Source: Oopsacas minuta
Taxonomy: Eukaryota; Animalia; Porifera
Assembly: GCA_024704765.1 (NCBI GenBank)
Contig: JAKMXF010000088.1
Location: forward strand, 620,001 to 684,000
Reading direction: 5' to 3'
DNA length: 64,000 bases
Under the pieces are notes generated by a model. That model did not search any database, was not told the DNA's origin, and saw only the letters and a program-made list of their open reading frames with translations. This document shows, one piece after another, positions 27,719-45,900 of the stretch (positions within the stretch are counted from its first letter, which is position 1; each line of letters begins with the position of its first letter). The translations under genes were made by a program, and so were the position numbers.

Positions 27719-29265
27719 TCATATATCCATCCTTGCCAACTCGGATGTATACACATCAATAGATTCTTGGTCAAACAACACAAACGACACATTTTTAACA
27801 CTTGAGACACATCCTGATTCGAAATATCCTTTAATAGATTGAAGAATGCATTGTGCAGCTGTTTGCTTCGGGAAATTATTCCCCCCAGAAGAAATGGAAG
27901 GAAACGAAATGCTTTTGATGTTCTTATCACTAGCTAGTTTTAAGCACGACTTTACGGATTTGTTAAGAAGTGGGAGCGAATCTGTCTCTGACCAAGAGGG
28001 ACCATGTACATGTATGACGTACTCACAGGGGAGATTGCCAGCACCTACATAAGGACAGTAAGAATCATTTTGAGAAAAATGGTTTCCTTATATGCTTATG
28101 TAACCAAGGATGGTGGGTTAATGTATTCCATGAATAAGACAAACAAAAAAGTGTGCGAATTAACGAGGTTCCACTGTATATGCAAATTCGCGCTCCAAAC
28201 AAGCGAGGAGTGTCCAAAATGACCCAAAACAACATCCAAGCAGTTAAACAAAATCCACCATCTATGGTTAATAACTAATAAGAATATAAAGATATTCACC
28301 TGTAATAGTTGCTTCTCCAGTTTTCAGTGATACATGATGAGAATTGATCGCTGTCTGGAGTGGAGCTCCGCCCACTACTCCAAGAGCTGTACCCACCTGT
28401 CCTCCCAGACCTATACTAGAGGAGCAGGGGTGCACGACAGCGTCACATGATATATGAGCTAGGTTACCTTGTAGAACCTTTAGTGTTTGTCCATTGGATA
28501 GTACCCTACGGATTATGGAGGAATTAGTCAAGAATAGAAACTTAAAATTTGGTATGTAGGTGTGAAATAGCGTAAATAACAATATGTAAAAATATCAAAT
28601 TGATATATACACATATCTCTGAGAAAGTGTATGAAACACGTCGATAAGATTGGGGGGGTCTATATGCTGATATTATAATAGCTAATTTGGTTCATAACAC
28701 TGTAATTCATTGGTAAAATTCTATTTTTAGTACGGGGGTTAACTCACTTCTGAGAGAGGACATTAACTGGTCCCACAGGGTCCCTCTTCTTAGCAACAGC
28801 TGTGGAATTTGTCTGAAGTGGAAATAACCCAACGAATCCTGGTGCTGGAGCCATTGGTTTCAATTTCGGTTTGGATTTTGGTTTGGATTTTGGTTTGGAC
28901 ACTTTTTTCACACTAACAAATGGTGACACCTTATGTTTAGTTGGCACTAGTGATGAGTCAATATGTGGCATAATCCCACTACTTGGAATTGTGACACCTT
29001 TCAGCATGGAGTTCAGCTCGCTATCATTCGATACAGCTAGCATAATGTGTCGCGGGTTTATACGTGCACGTTTGTTATCACGAGCCGCGTTCCCTGCGAG
29101 CTCAAGAACTTCTGCGGTTAAGTATTCAAGGACAGCGGCTAGGTAGACAGGGGCTGCCTTCCCTAGTTGTTGTTTTGTTGATACTTTACGCATTTGTCTG
29201 TGTACCCGACTGACTGCGAATTGTAGACCTGCTCTCTTGGAGCGTGATTGTCTTTTGGATGACAT
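27719..29265 (-). CDS. MACROH2A1: Core histone macroH2A, 3 coding exons, about 349 aa
   Basis: Exon 28748-29265 encodes the H2A fold ([28 protein letters not shown]) plus a Lys/Pro linker. Exons 28300-28505 and 27719-28044 encode the macro domain (DAVVHPC...GGQVG; [24 protein letters not shown]; [12 protein letters not shown]). Exon phases join correctly. The paralog number is not meaningful here. Confidence 0.93.
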
Positions 29266-29400
29266 TTGATAGCTAGCGGGTAAATATTTTTAACTGTTAT
29301 AAGCTCTGTCATAATTAGCAGTGATATACAAGAGGAACAGTGCTAATTGACCCCCTGACTATATGTCTAGCACCTACCATGAGTATGATGAAATAAACAA

Positions 29401-29540
29401 ATGTTAACTCCTGTTATATCGAAGCTGAAGGGACCGCGATAATTACTTAGATATGACCGATGGAATATATGTTACTTTGACGGTTTGGAACCATATTTGT
29501 ACAATTTCACACCTCGATATAAGCGGGTATTTCTAAATGT
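29401..29540 (+). mobile_element. MITE family A copy just upstream of macroH2A
   Basis: AACTCCTGTTATATCGAAGCTGAAGGGACCGCGATAATTAC...GTTAGATATAAC. Confidence 0.75.
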
Positions 29541-29751
29541 CCGTGTTAGATATAACTGGCAAGCATAGGAGGATGTCCACAGAATGTGTTAAAATTTGTA
29601 TAGGGGGTACTGTTCCTCTAGACACCCTGCGGATGCCATATGGGTGCAAATCCCTGATCTCCTGTTGTGCTATGTAAGAATACAATATGAATCAATAATA
29701 ATAATAATAATTTATCCATATAAATAACAAGCATATCATCTAAAATTTGTC

Positions 29752-29838
<87 letters not shown>
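29752..29838. repeat. (CAA)n microsatellite
   Basis: Pure CAA run of roughly 29 units between NEDD4 and macroH2A. Shorter runs lie at 22970-23010 and elsewhere. Confidence 0.95.
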
Positions 29839-29839
<1 letters not shown>

Positions 29840-29945
29840 CAACAAACTTTAACATAGCATAAGGATAATATAGCTTATTAAAACAGATTGAAGTAAATAC
29901 CTCACAATTTGTTATTATTATTTGTATTATTGTTTACTTCCTGTG

Positions 29946-35994
<6,049 letters not shown>

Positions 35995-36913
35995 AACTAT
36001 TACCACTAATAGCTAAAGTAATAAGACTAAACAGCAGTAAGGATTCTGTAGTTTGTTATAGTTACACAAAATATGCGTTTGTTAACTCAGAGATATGATT
36101 AGTATACATTGAACTATCATAGCACAGACAGGTGTCATGTGGTTTATACCCTGTGGGAGTCATGTTATAGTCTGGGAACTAAGTGGGGCTAGGAGCGAAC
36201 CCATTGAGGATCGATTTTATTTGTAATTGGACAAGAAAGTTGGGACTCGGAAGATTAACGTGGTGGATCGGAGATCATTTGGGGGCAGCCGACGACACTG
36301 CTATGAGAAGCGAACCCCAGGCGGTGAAACAAAATACCAGAGGAAGCTTTTGACACGGACAAGAGACTCGAAACGCCGATAAAATCTTACCCCCTCCAAT
36401 ATCGAGACAATTAATAACAATATTAAACATTAAAGTATCAGAATATATCAACAAGAACTATATATATGTGTATATTGGAACTAATTAGCACAAATAATAA
36501 TTCAGAATAAATTCTGTATATTGAAAGTGGAACATATTCATATACGACCAGAGAGCATTGTCATAGAGTGTGTCGCTTTCAAAATAACTTGAGTTGGCAC
36601 ACGACAATCGCAAGTGGTTGTAACTAATAATACTATCGTCTAACTTTCATAATAGCATGTTAATAAAGAGATCCATTGTGTCCAGTGGGTAGCATTTTAT
36701 TGAGCGAGTTTTGAAGATTTTAGTTCTCCCTTGGAGATAAAGGAATTGCAAGATATGTCAATAAATTCATCGATAGTAAACAGATAAAAAGTTGTATTTA
36801 ATAAACACCTTTTATGGAACCAATTTAGCCCAAATTGGGAGTGTTAGAAGGCAAATAAATAAATAAAAATTTGCAATATTGTATGATTATTAACTAACAA
36901 AATTGTGTTGCAA

Positions 36914-39900
36914 TTACAAAAGTCTACCGCGACACTTTGGCATGCCACATAAACATTGTAACACCTTATTAGGCACACTTCCAATCTCATAATTGTAATC
37001 CCAAGTTAGTTCCGTATTAGCTTTGATGCGTTTTTTCGCGAAAAAAGCAACCCATGGGAACCTGAGGTCATGAGTATCTAAGAAAACTGTGTGTGTGAAT
37101 ATGTTAGGCTGACAGGAATGGTTGAAGTATCTGCCAATGTTCCCAACGAATTTTGCATCCATGACGTATGCTCCCTTTTCTGAATGTAGGCTGCGTATGT
37201 TGCGGTATGTGTTAGTGGTGGCATGAAGTGGTGTAGTGGTTTGGGTGTGTGGATAGAAGAAAGTGTCCTGTATCACTGGTGTCGCCTAGAAATGAGATAG
37301 GTGGAAAAATGTGTCGCATTGTGAATGTATAAGTTTTGTTACCCAATCATCTTCATCAGAAATAACAAGTACTTCAGCTTGAATACTGATTGGTTGTTCA
37401 GGATGAGATCCGTGTACTTGAGCTATAAAAGGAAGATCTTCACTAGTAAGCTCACTTGTAGATTCTGGTATTTTACCCTTAGTGACTGCTAGCAATAACT
37501 ACAGGGGAAATAACACTTGCGTCATATCCGATTTGAGCAACTATAAAGCCACCAAAGTGGCAGACCAAAGGTGTTATATACCATACAACAGGATTTGGTT
37601 AATGGGTCACTCAATGAGCCATGTGTCGAACCGTGACCCATGGTCCATTATATACAGTGGACTCCACTTAATAGAGCGCTGTTAATAGGAACATCCAGAT
37701 GTGATCCTATTAAGTGGAGTCTATTCTATTTATAGAGCCTACTTGTTGTGGGTTGGAATTGGAGTAGGATTCAGAGCCAATTAGCAAGGTGTCAGCCTTC
37801 TCAAGGAGATCAGCTGATTGGGATACATCTCCATTTGTTAACTTAAGCGCTGCTTCACACCATTCCTTAGGAAACCTGTCCTCTATCATTCCTAGCTTAG
37901 CTGATTCTATTAATGCTTCTGATTCATCAGCTAATTCTACCTATAGAATATATCCTGTTGTTATTTTGTTGTTTGTTAATAAAATCTCAAATTACAGCCT
38001 GGTGCGGACATAATTTTCGCTAATGATTACATGCACTCTGATTGCCCTAATATGATAGATGTGAAATATGATAGGTGTCCTAATCTCTAAAGGTGTGAAC
38101 AGGAAAGTGAAACTATAGTCGGCACAGTAAAAATAGTACCAAAATATTTTCCCTATCATTCACAACAGTTTCCTCCAGCTGTTGTTCTGAAGCACTAGAC
38201 TCGAAATCTGATTCGCTGTGACTGTCCAATAGAATTACGTCCTGTAAATCCATGTATCTTTCGGTGTCTGATAGGCGTAGTTTCTGAGAGAATTCCTCCT
38301 GTTACAAATTACAAATATCAAAGTTGTCCCGTACAGTCCGCATTGTATTAGGGGATTTGTAAGAAACTTAGCCTCGCGGTATGAGGATAAGGATTTTACC
38401 TCTGAACATGCCACGGGGAGTGAGGTTATTGAAAAGTGTCAAATCCGGACTGGGAACAACAATAAACAATCATTAAGTAAACATTTACAAACCGGATTCG
38501 TTGTTGGTTGTTGCAAAGAATTTGTAATAGGAATGTTCTCATTGTCCCTTTCATCTTTATTATCTTCCTGTAAAGCGCCGTAATAAGGCTCATACCTACA
38601 AATAAACAACATAAATATTTGTTTATTTGTTTATATTATCCCAATTTATTGTAGAACTGGTAAACAACAACAATAAACAAACGAATTTAATCAAATAAAC
38701 AATTAATGGTACGAGTTACATAATTTTCTGATACTTCGTCACGAATGCAGTAAATGCCTCCAGTTCATCTCCAGTGTTGAAACTATCACCTTTAGAACTG
38801 GAACTAATATGTTTTAAGGGGTGTATTTGACAAGAACCATCTGATAACGACAACACAATCTCACCATGTGGAAATGAAGTCGATCTTTCAGGAATCAAAT
38901 CAAAATTAATAATATCAATATTATCACACATTTTTTCCTTCGAGATACAAGCCAAATGATTTATCGACAGATCCCACACGGACAACTCTCCCTTCTCACT
39001 TAGCGTATAAACCACCAGTGGGTGGATACGTGACCACATAACACGTTTAAGCGACACAATTTCACCACTTGAACATGTCAAAATCGGGAATTTATACTCT
39101 CGGTTAAATATAGCGAAAAATCCGCCCGCATAACTAACGATAAAATAATCAGGAGCAAGCGGATGGAAGTCCAAGTAGGTTACGGGAGTGTTTTGATCTT
39201 TGATACAATGGGACTTGGGGATCGGGGGCTTGCCAGTGTGCCTACAGCCATGCATAACTAATCCATCAAGCGTTGCTATGTAATAATGATTCAAATCGAT
39301 TGGATGGAATATCAAAAGTGTCGCTAACACATTCGTCTTTAATTTGTAATTCGCGCGTGAGGGGGTGACAATTGCGATTGATGTGGACCGGATTAGCTTG
39401 ACACGAGCCCCTGGGGACATACCTAAGTCCACAAGGGAACCACACATTTCTGGATTCGATACTTCTGCTAGCACCCAGATATTTATAACACCTAAGATAT
39501 CAATAGATGCAATTTGGAATGATAATCCGGTCATTGTAATATCATCGAATAACCTTGCGGTTTTATGCGTTTCATCTGCATTCTTTGGGCGTGATATGGT
39601 AACTATGGAGGAGATTGGCGCCATATGTGAACCCTCGGTGGAAAGCATTGCAGTGGAGTATGAAGCAGGGCGTGTACGGAACCCATCTTCAATCGGCGAA
39701 GGTGTCAGAGTGTCAATTGTGTCGCGGAAATCCCAGACACAAATAGAGCCATTATCCATACCAGCAAAAGCTAAAAATAATCGCTGTGGACTAAAACAGC
39801 AACATACGGGTGTTGACTCACATTCCATCAACCGTTTTGGTTGGTAGGCATCATTTATGTTCCAGTGTGCTAATAGTCCTTTCCTAGCAACAGATAATGT

Positions 39901-42900
39901 AAAGGTATTTATAATTGAAGGAGCATAAGCAATGAGAAGAGAATTGGATTGCGTTTTAGAAACAGCTGTTGCGACAATTTCCCGTTTAGCAAGGATTGAT
40001 ATTTTGTTGAGATGTATCGGGTTGCTTTGTGTGAATTCAAAAAGTGGCATGGTGTCTGCATGCGACACATTTTGCACTAAATTTTGTGTATTTTCATCTA
40101 GGACGATACACATAATTTCTGAAGTTTTGAAGAAAAATGATAGAAAATTTGATGAATTTTCTGTCACTTCGAAATCAAGAGGTGTTTGTAATGTGTCCTC
40201 GATACCTGTACCACATGAACATTCACCACCTTCTGTGGAATGTTGTGTCCACTTTTCACGTATGAAAATTGTGTCGGTTTGGGTTTCACGGTCGAAATTA
40301 TCATCGTTACATTGCACTGCCACTTGTCGAGTCATATCGCGCCCAACTTGCTTAATATAAACATCGTATTCTGAAAGTGGAGAAATTTCTATCAAATCGA
40401 TCGACTGAAAATCCAAAACTAAAAGTGGCATTAAGTGGCTCAATCGTGTTTTTGTTTTCTCTATAATAGAATCCTTAACAACCACCTCTGTCTTCGGAAT
40501 GTGGAATTTTATAAACCCCCTGCCACTTAACTGAATTTGTGGTTTTTCTAAACTAATTTCTGATTTGGGTGGCACAACTTTGGGCTCATTTATTTGAACA
40601 ACCATTTGTTGATTTTCCATGTGAATTGCTTGTTTTATAAGATCGATATCATATTCTTGTTTCACAACAGAACCACTTCCATTTGTGTCGTCTGTACCAC
40701 TTGACACCTCTTCGAAATCCTCGTCATAACTTTCAAAATCTTCCGCATATGATTCAACTTCATCCTCGTCATTTAATTCCACCGGCTGCATTCCAATTGC
40801 AGGAACCGTATCTAGGATATCCTCTGGAATTTGAGATGGCTCCAACTTGGAGATATGGCTCTCAAGTGGCTGCGTTGAGCCACTTTTGTCAGATGCCATT
40901 TTTGTACTTTTTGTATTTTCAGTTTGTTTTGATTTTTCCTGTTTTCGAGGAATTTCATATTTGGCCTCTTTTGTTGTTTTATGTTTTTGCACAACTTTTT
41001 TAGTTTCTTTTGGAACTATCACTGATTTATCTTTAGTTCTGGTTTCAGATTTGAACTTTTTAGTGTCAAGTGGTATTTTAAGTCCTTCCTTTCTTAGGTG
41101 TGAAGTGGTTTCACTCTTTTTAGCCATAAATGGTTTGAGTTCGCTCGATTTCCAAGTTTCTTCTCTATTCTGGTCGCGCGCGCGTCCCTTAGATCTTCTC
41201 TCTGCCATATTTGCTAACAATGTGTGTATAAATACGATAAATAATAGTGTAGTGTAAATAAAAATAGATTTGGTATACACGCATTCAAATTTTCCTTCCC
41301 CAGATAGTAGTATACTGGAAATTGGATATTCTGTTTTCCAAAACTGTAAAGTTGCCATTATACAAAATAACTAAGAATGGACTTTCTATCACATTCCTTA
41401 CAGTTTCCTAGCAACGAGACACAGCGACATACACTTGCATAACCTCGTGTTTGTTTTGCTAAAAATATACTCACATAATCTACAATAGTTGTTTGTTTGT
41501 CTGCAAATTATAAACAGCTATAAATAACTAAGATTTCCCTAGCAACCAATTCCTATATCAACAATTCAATTTTTCTTCTATACAAATCAAATGGCAGAAC
41601 GCTTCGCTATTGCCCCTCAAGTCGTAGACCCCATAGAGACACACATTAATTACACAATAGATGGTCTCATAGGGCTACTGAACGTCCGTAGAGCTCAGCT
41701 GCTAAGACAAGTCCACAACATGCGAGAAGATGAAAAAGCCGCAGAGATCGCTCGACAAGAAATGACTACACAACTGACAGAGGCTCAAGCATACCTACAG
41801 GGACATTTGAAGGAAAATCCCCTCCAGTTCATGCAGGAGAGAATTACCAAAGAGATGGAGGACAAATTACGAGAATTGCGGATCAACAATCCTGTAGAGA
41901 GCGTATTAAAGTGGCAGTGTGACACATGTGAATTAGAAACTTGTATTTCCCGCCTGGGAGATATTATGCAAGAACCAGTGAGTGTACCAAAGTATTCCAC
42001 ATTCCAGACGTCTACTATCGCTACTGGGAAGAAAGGTTCAGGTCCTGGCCAGTTGATTGATCCACGAGGTGTAGCTATACATGAAGCTACTAACCAAATA
42101 TTCGTAGCTAATTATTTCAATAACAGAATAGAGATATTCTCTGATACAGGAGAGTACCTCAATCAGCTGGGTGTAGGACAACTGAATAGGCCATGGGGTA
42201 TAGCTATACATGGAGAGAATGTGTATGTCAGCTGCTGGGGAGATAGCACTATTAACCAATTCACACTAACTGACATGAATCTTGTTAGGAAGATAGGAGG
42301 TTGGGGATCAAACAACGGACAATTCAAATTGCCTTATCAACTAACAACAGATCCCATCGGTCACGTGTTTATAGCAGATAGGGGTAACAACAGAATCAGT
42401 ATACACGACACAGACCTGAACCATCTCCATAACATTACTCATCAGTCAATGACACAACCAGTTGATGTTAAAGTGTCACGTGACCGCGTGTACGTACTGT
42501 GCTCAAATAACAACCCCTGTATGCACGTGCTAACCCTAGAAGGAGACAAGCTACACTCCCTTATTACCTGTGGACTAGGAATGGATGTGTTACGCCCTTT
42601 CTTCTTCTGTCTAGATCCACTTAACAAATTTGTTATTAGCGATGTAGACACTCACTCAATTCGGGTATTCTCTCCAGAAGGCAATCTCCTACACAAGATA
42701 GGAACAGAGGGACACCAACAAGGAATGCTATATAACCCCCAAGGAATAGCTATAACTCCAAACGGGAGATTAGTTAGTGTGTCACATAATGAGAACTACG
42801 GTCTACAAATAATCTATTAGTTAATAAATTTGTTGTTTTGCTCAGTATCCTTTTGAATTATTAGCCAAAGGTGTGAAAATATTATTAATCATATGATAAA

Positions 42901-45900
42901 TAATGATACAGACATGTCATATGCTTCAACAGCCAATAGAATTGCAAGTTGAATAATATAGAAATGCATTATTGTACCCTGATTGGTCTAACTTTAACCA
43001 CCAAAAAGGTGTGAAAATATTCACTTTACAAAAATTTCATATCAGAAAGGAACTTAACACCCAAAAATGTAACCATGTGCCAAATTTAATCCATATCGGT
43101 CGAGTAGATACCTACACCAACAAACAAATAATAAACAAACACTTACCCTTCTTTCTTTGTCTCCATAACATCCAAATAGTCTAATTCAGCTAAGTAATCG
43201 TCCCCAAAATCGACCCCTCTCTCATTAGCTAGCTCATCATTATATATATACCCCGCATAGGTACAAATGAAAGCACCCTTGGGGATATCATCGATACACT
43301 TGATCCCCCATCCTTTGTTCTCAGTTTTAAAAACATGTAGCCTGGCTTGAATTCCATTCTGTATGACACGATTGCTACAGTTCGAACTACAACTACATCT
43401 GTTGTTACATTCATATATTGCTACTCCACAACTGCTTACTAGACGTCTGTTCTGGTATCTGTAATTGTGTAAATAATAATAACATCAACAACAACAACAA
43501 CAAAGGCATGTGTGTGTGGAATGTGATTAATCTAGGAAGATTTTCTAATATCTAAGCGATATCTTAACCTATCAGACATGCAGCCTTATATTCTATTCGC
43601 TAATAAAATTACAATCACGTGGTTTATATACATTTTGACACCTTTTTGAGACTATAAATTGATTGACTTAGGGGGCATTAAACTTACCCAAAGAAGTCTT
43701 TGGTCCTTGACATCTCGGCTGTAAGGAGACAACAGGCACATTTTGTCTTATCTTGACAATTATCAGTGCAATCACAACAAATCATGAACTCATTGTTTGT
43801 GTTGATGTTTACTCCATTATAGCATATACGTTTTGTTGTGTAGTTTAATGGGGGAAGTGGTTTTGTGTCGAGTTCATTGATGAAAGGGATTGGTATTCTA
43901 AGGTGTGAAAATATGTATAAATTATATAGTACAGGTGTGACTTACGGTTTCACAGCGCCTGTTTCCGAGATGTTCAAAAATCTATTTTGAATTTCAAATT
44001 TTCTTTGCAAATAATATAAATTTTCATTATTTCTGCTCAGAAAAGTTTGAGAAATATCCACCAATGTCAGATCTAATTTATGGAGATTTTTACCTTTCCT
44101 TTCCAAGTGTTAGATCGCCAATAAATAATTTCGGAGAAGTGTAGGTAACAAAAGTATTCTGTATATCAATAGAAGTATCCATTGAGAACATGTCTATGGA
44201 TACAGTTTGTGAGTTAGTTATGTGGATGTAGTATTCTATCTCATCTAGGGATCGTAGTCTCCTCTTGCAGGGGGCGATATAGTATACGTGGACGGGTTTT
44301 GATTTATGGGGTTGATAGTTCAGTTCCCGCTTCCAGCCTAATTGGAGGAATTATATTAAGTTCCTGTTTGTGAATGTTAACACCTTTGTACTGGGGACAT
44401 AAATCACATAGTACATACTATGGATCATAGTATTCTATACATGAATGAATTCACCAACTCTCTAACATGCTTCTGTGACGTATTGTGTCCCAGATTCCAT
44501 GGTTACCTCGTTGGTATTTGGCAAATATATAATCTACAGTTTTCTACCTAGAAATATTGGAATAGATAGTATATTGACTGGGTGTAGAGATGGCTGTAAA
44601 GTGGCATTTGTGACACAATCTGAGCCACAATTATGAGGTGTGAAAGTGGAATCTGGGAATATGAACTCGTCTCCATAAGTGATCCGTCGGAACACACGGG
44701 TCTTAGGGTCCCCTAGTGTTACCCTATTAGGTGTCTTTCTGGATAGAGCTGATTTGTTGGATGAACTAAATGTGTGAAAATTAATCATAAAATGATTGAA
44801 TAAGAAATGGCGCTCAAAACTAAAGTTATGTAAAAGGCGCCATTTACATATTAAGCTATTCCCCGGTTTAAATTCCCTCATATATTTAAGCGCCAGATCT
44901 TACCTGAATTTTGAATAACTATGTTCACTCAAAATACATTCCTCAAAAGGTTGACTCACTCCTGCCACAATGTCACATTCCGACACCTCTTCAATAAGTG
45001 GCTTACAATTTAGTTCCAATTTGTTTGTCTCGTTTAACCAGAAATCAATGGAATCTTGCATAGCCTGTGTCTCCAATGATCTGTCATATAAACTGCTATA
45101 TGTGTAACTATGGTTATTGAATAGGACAGCGTTTTGGTACTTAGCTTGACACTCTATTAATGAATCTCCTGCCAGAATTGTGCCCGGTCCCCAGTCAACA
45201 CGTGGGGCTATTAGTGGAATAAGAGGAACATGATTAAACCATAAAAATAACCAATCTTACACTCAATATTTGCAAATTGAAAATGGCGAAAAAGTGACAA
45301 TTGTGTCGACCTATCAGATTTGAGGGTTAGTCCAGTAGTTAGGTGGCTATCGTAAGAAGTGGCATACATAACACCTATATTGTCTATACCTTGTATGAAA
45401 TTTGGTTTATAAATATTCCTCCATTTCCTGCGTGTTACTGGCATATTAGAAATCTCTTCATTGTCTTCAGATATAATCTCATCATCCTGAGGTTCCAATG
45501 GGGGTGTTTCAACCAGAACTATATTCTTAGTTCCGGTAGTATTACATTCTGTGTAGTCACTATCATGATCTGACCCTTCAGCTGACTACGAATACAAGTT
45601 TTTAAAGGTGTAAAATTATTTGTAAATACTCTGCGGCAATTTTACGATGCCAATCCTTAGTTCCAATTGGTACTTACATCATAATCACTCGAAGAATTCT
45701 CATCAGTCAAATCATCTTCATAATCTATAGTCTGTAAAGTAATACTACTGTTTTCACACTCATCAATTTTTGTGAGTTCAGAGGTGTATTGTTCCAAAGG
45801 TTCTGTATCCTCGCACTCTAGGGGGTAAATAGGATGATTACTATAAAGTAAGGTGTGAAATTATTCACATATATAATTAAGTTAAAGCTGTTACCTAACC

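Noticed and set aside
39365-41257. Plus-strand ORFs overlapping WDR60 (similarly those opposite NHL, macroH2A, EDRF1 and ATF7IP)
   Set aside because: Antisense shadows of real coding sequence with no recognisable domains.
41209-41358. 50-aa N-terminal extension of the WDR60 ORF
   Set aside because: Low-complexity AT-rich translation that partly overlaps the duplicated promoter; MAERRSKG at 41208 has the better start context.
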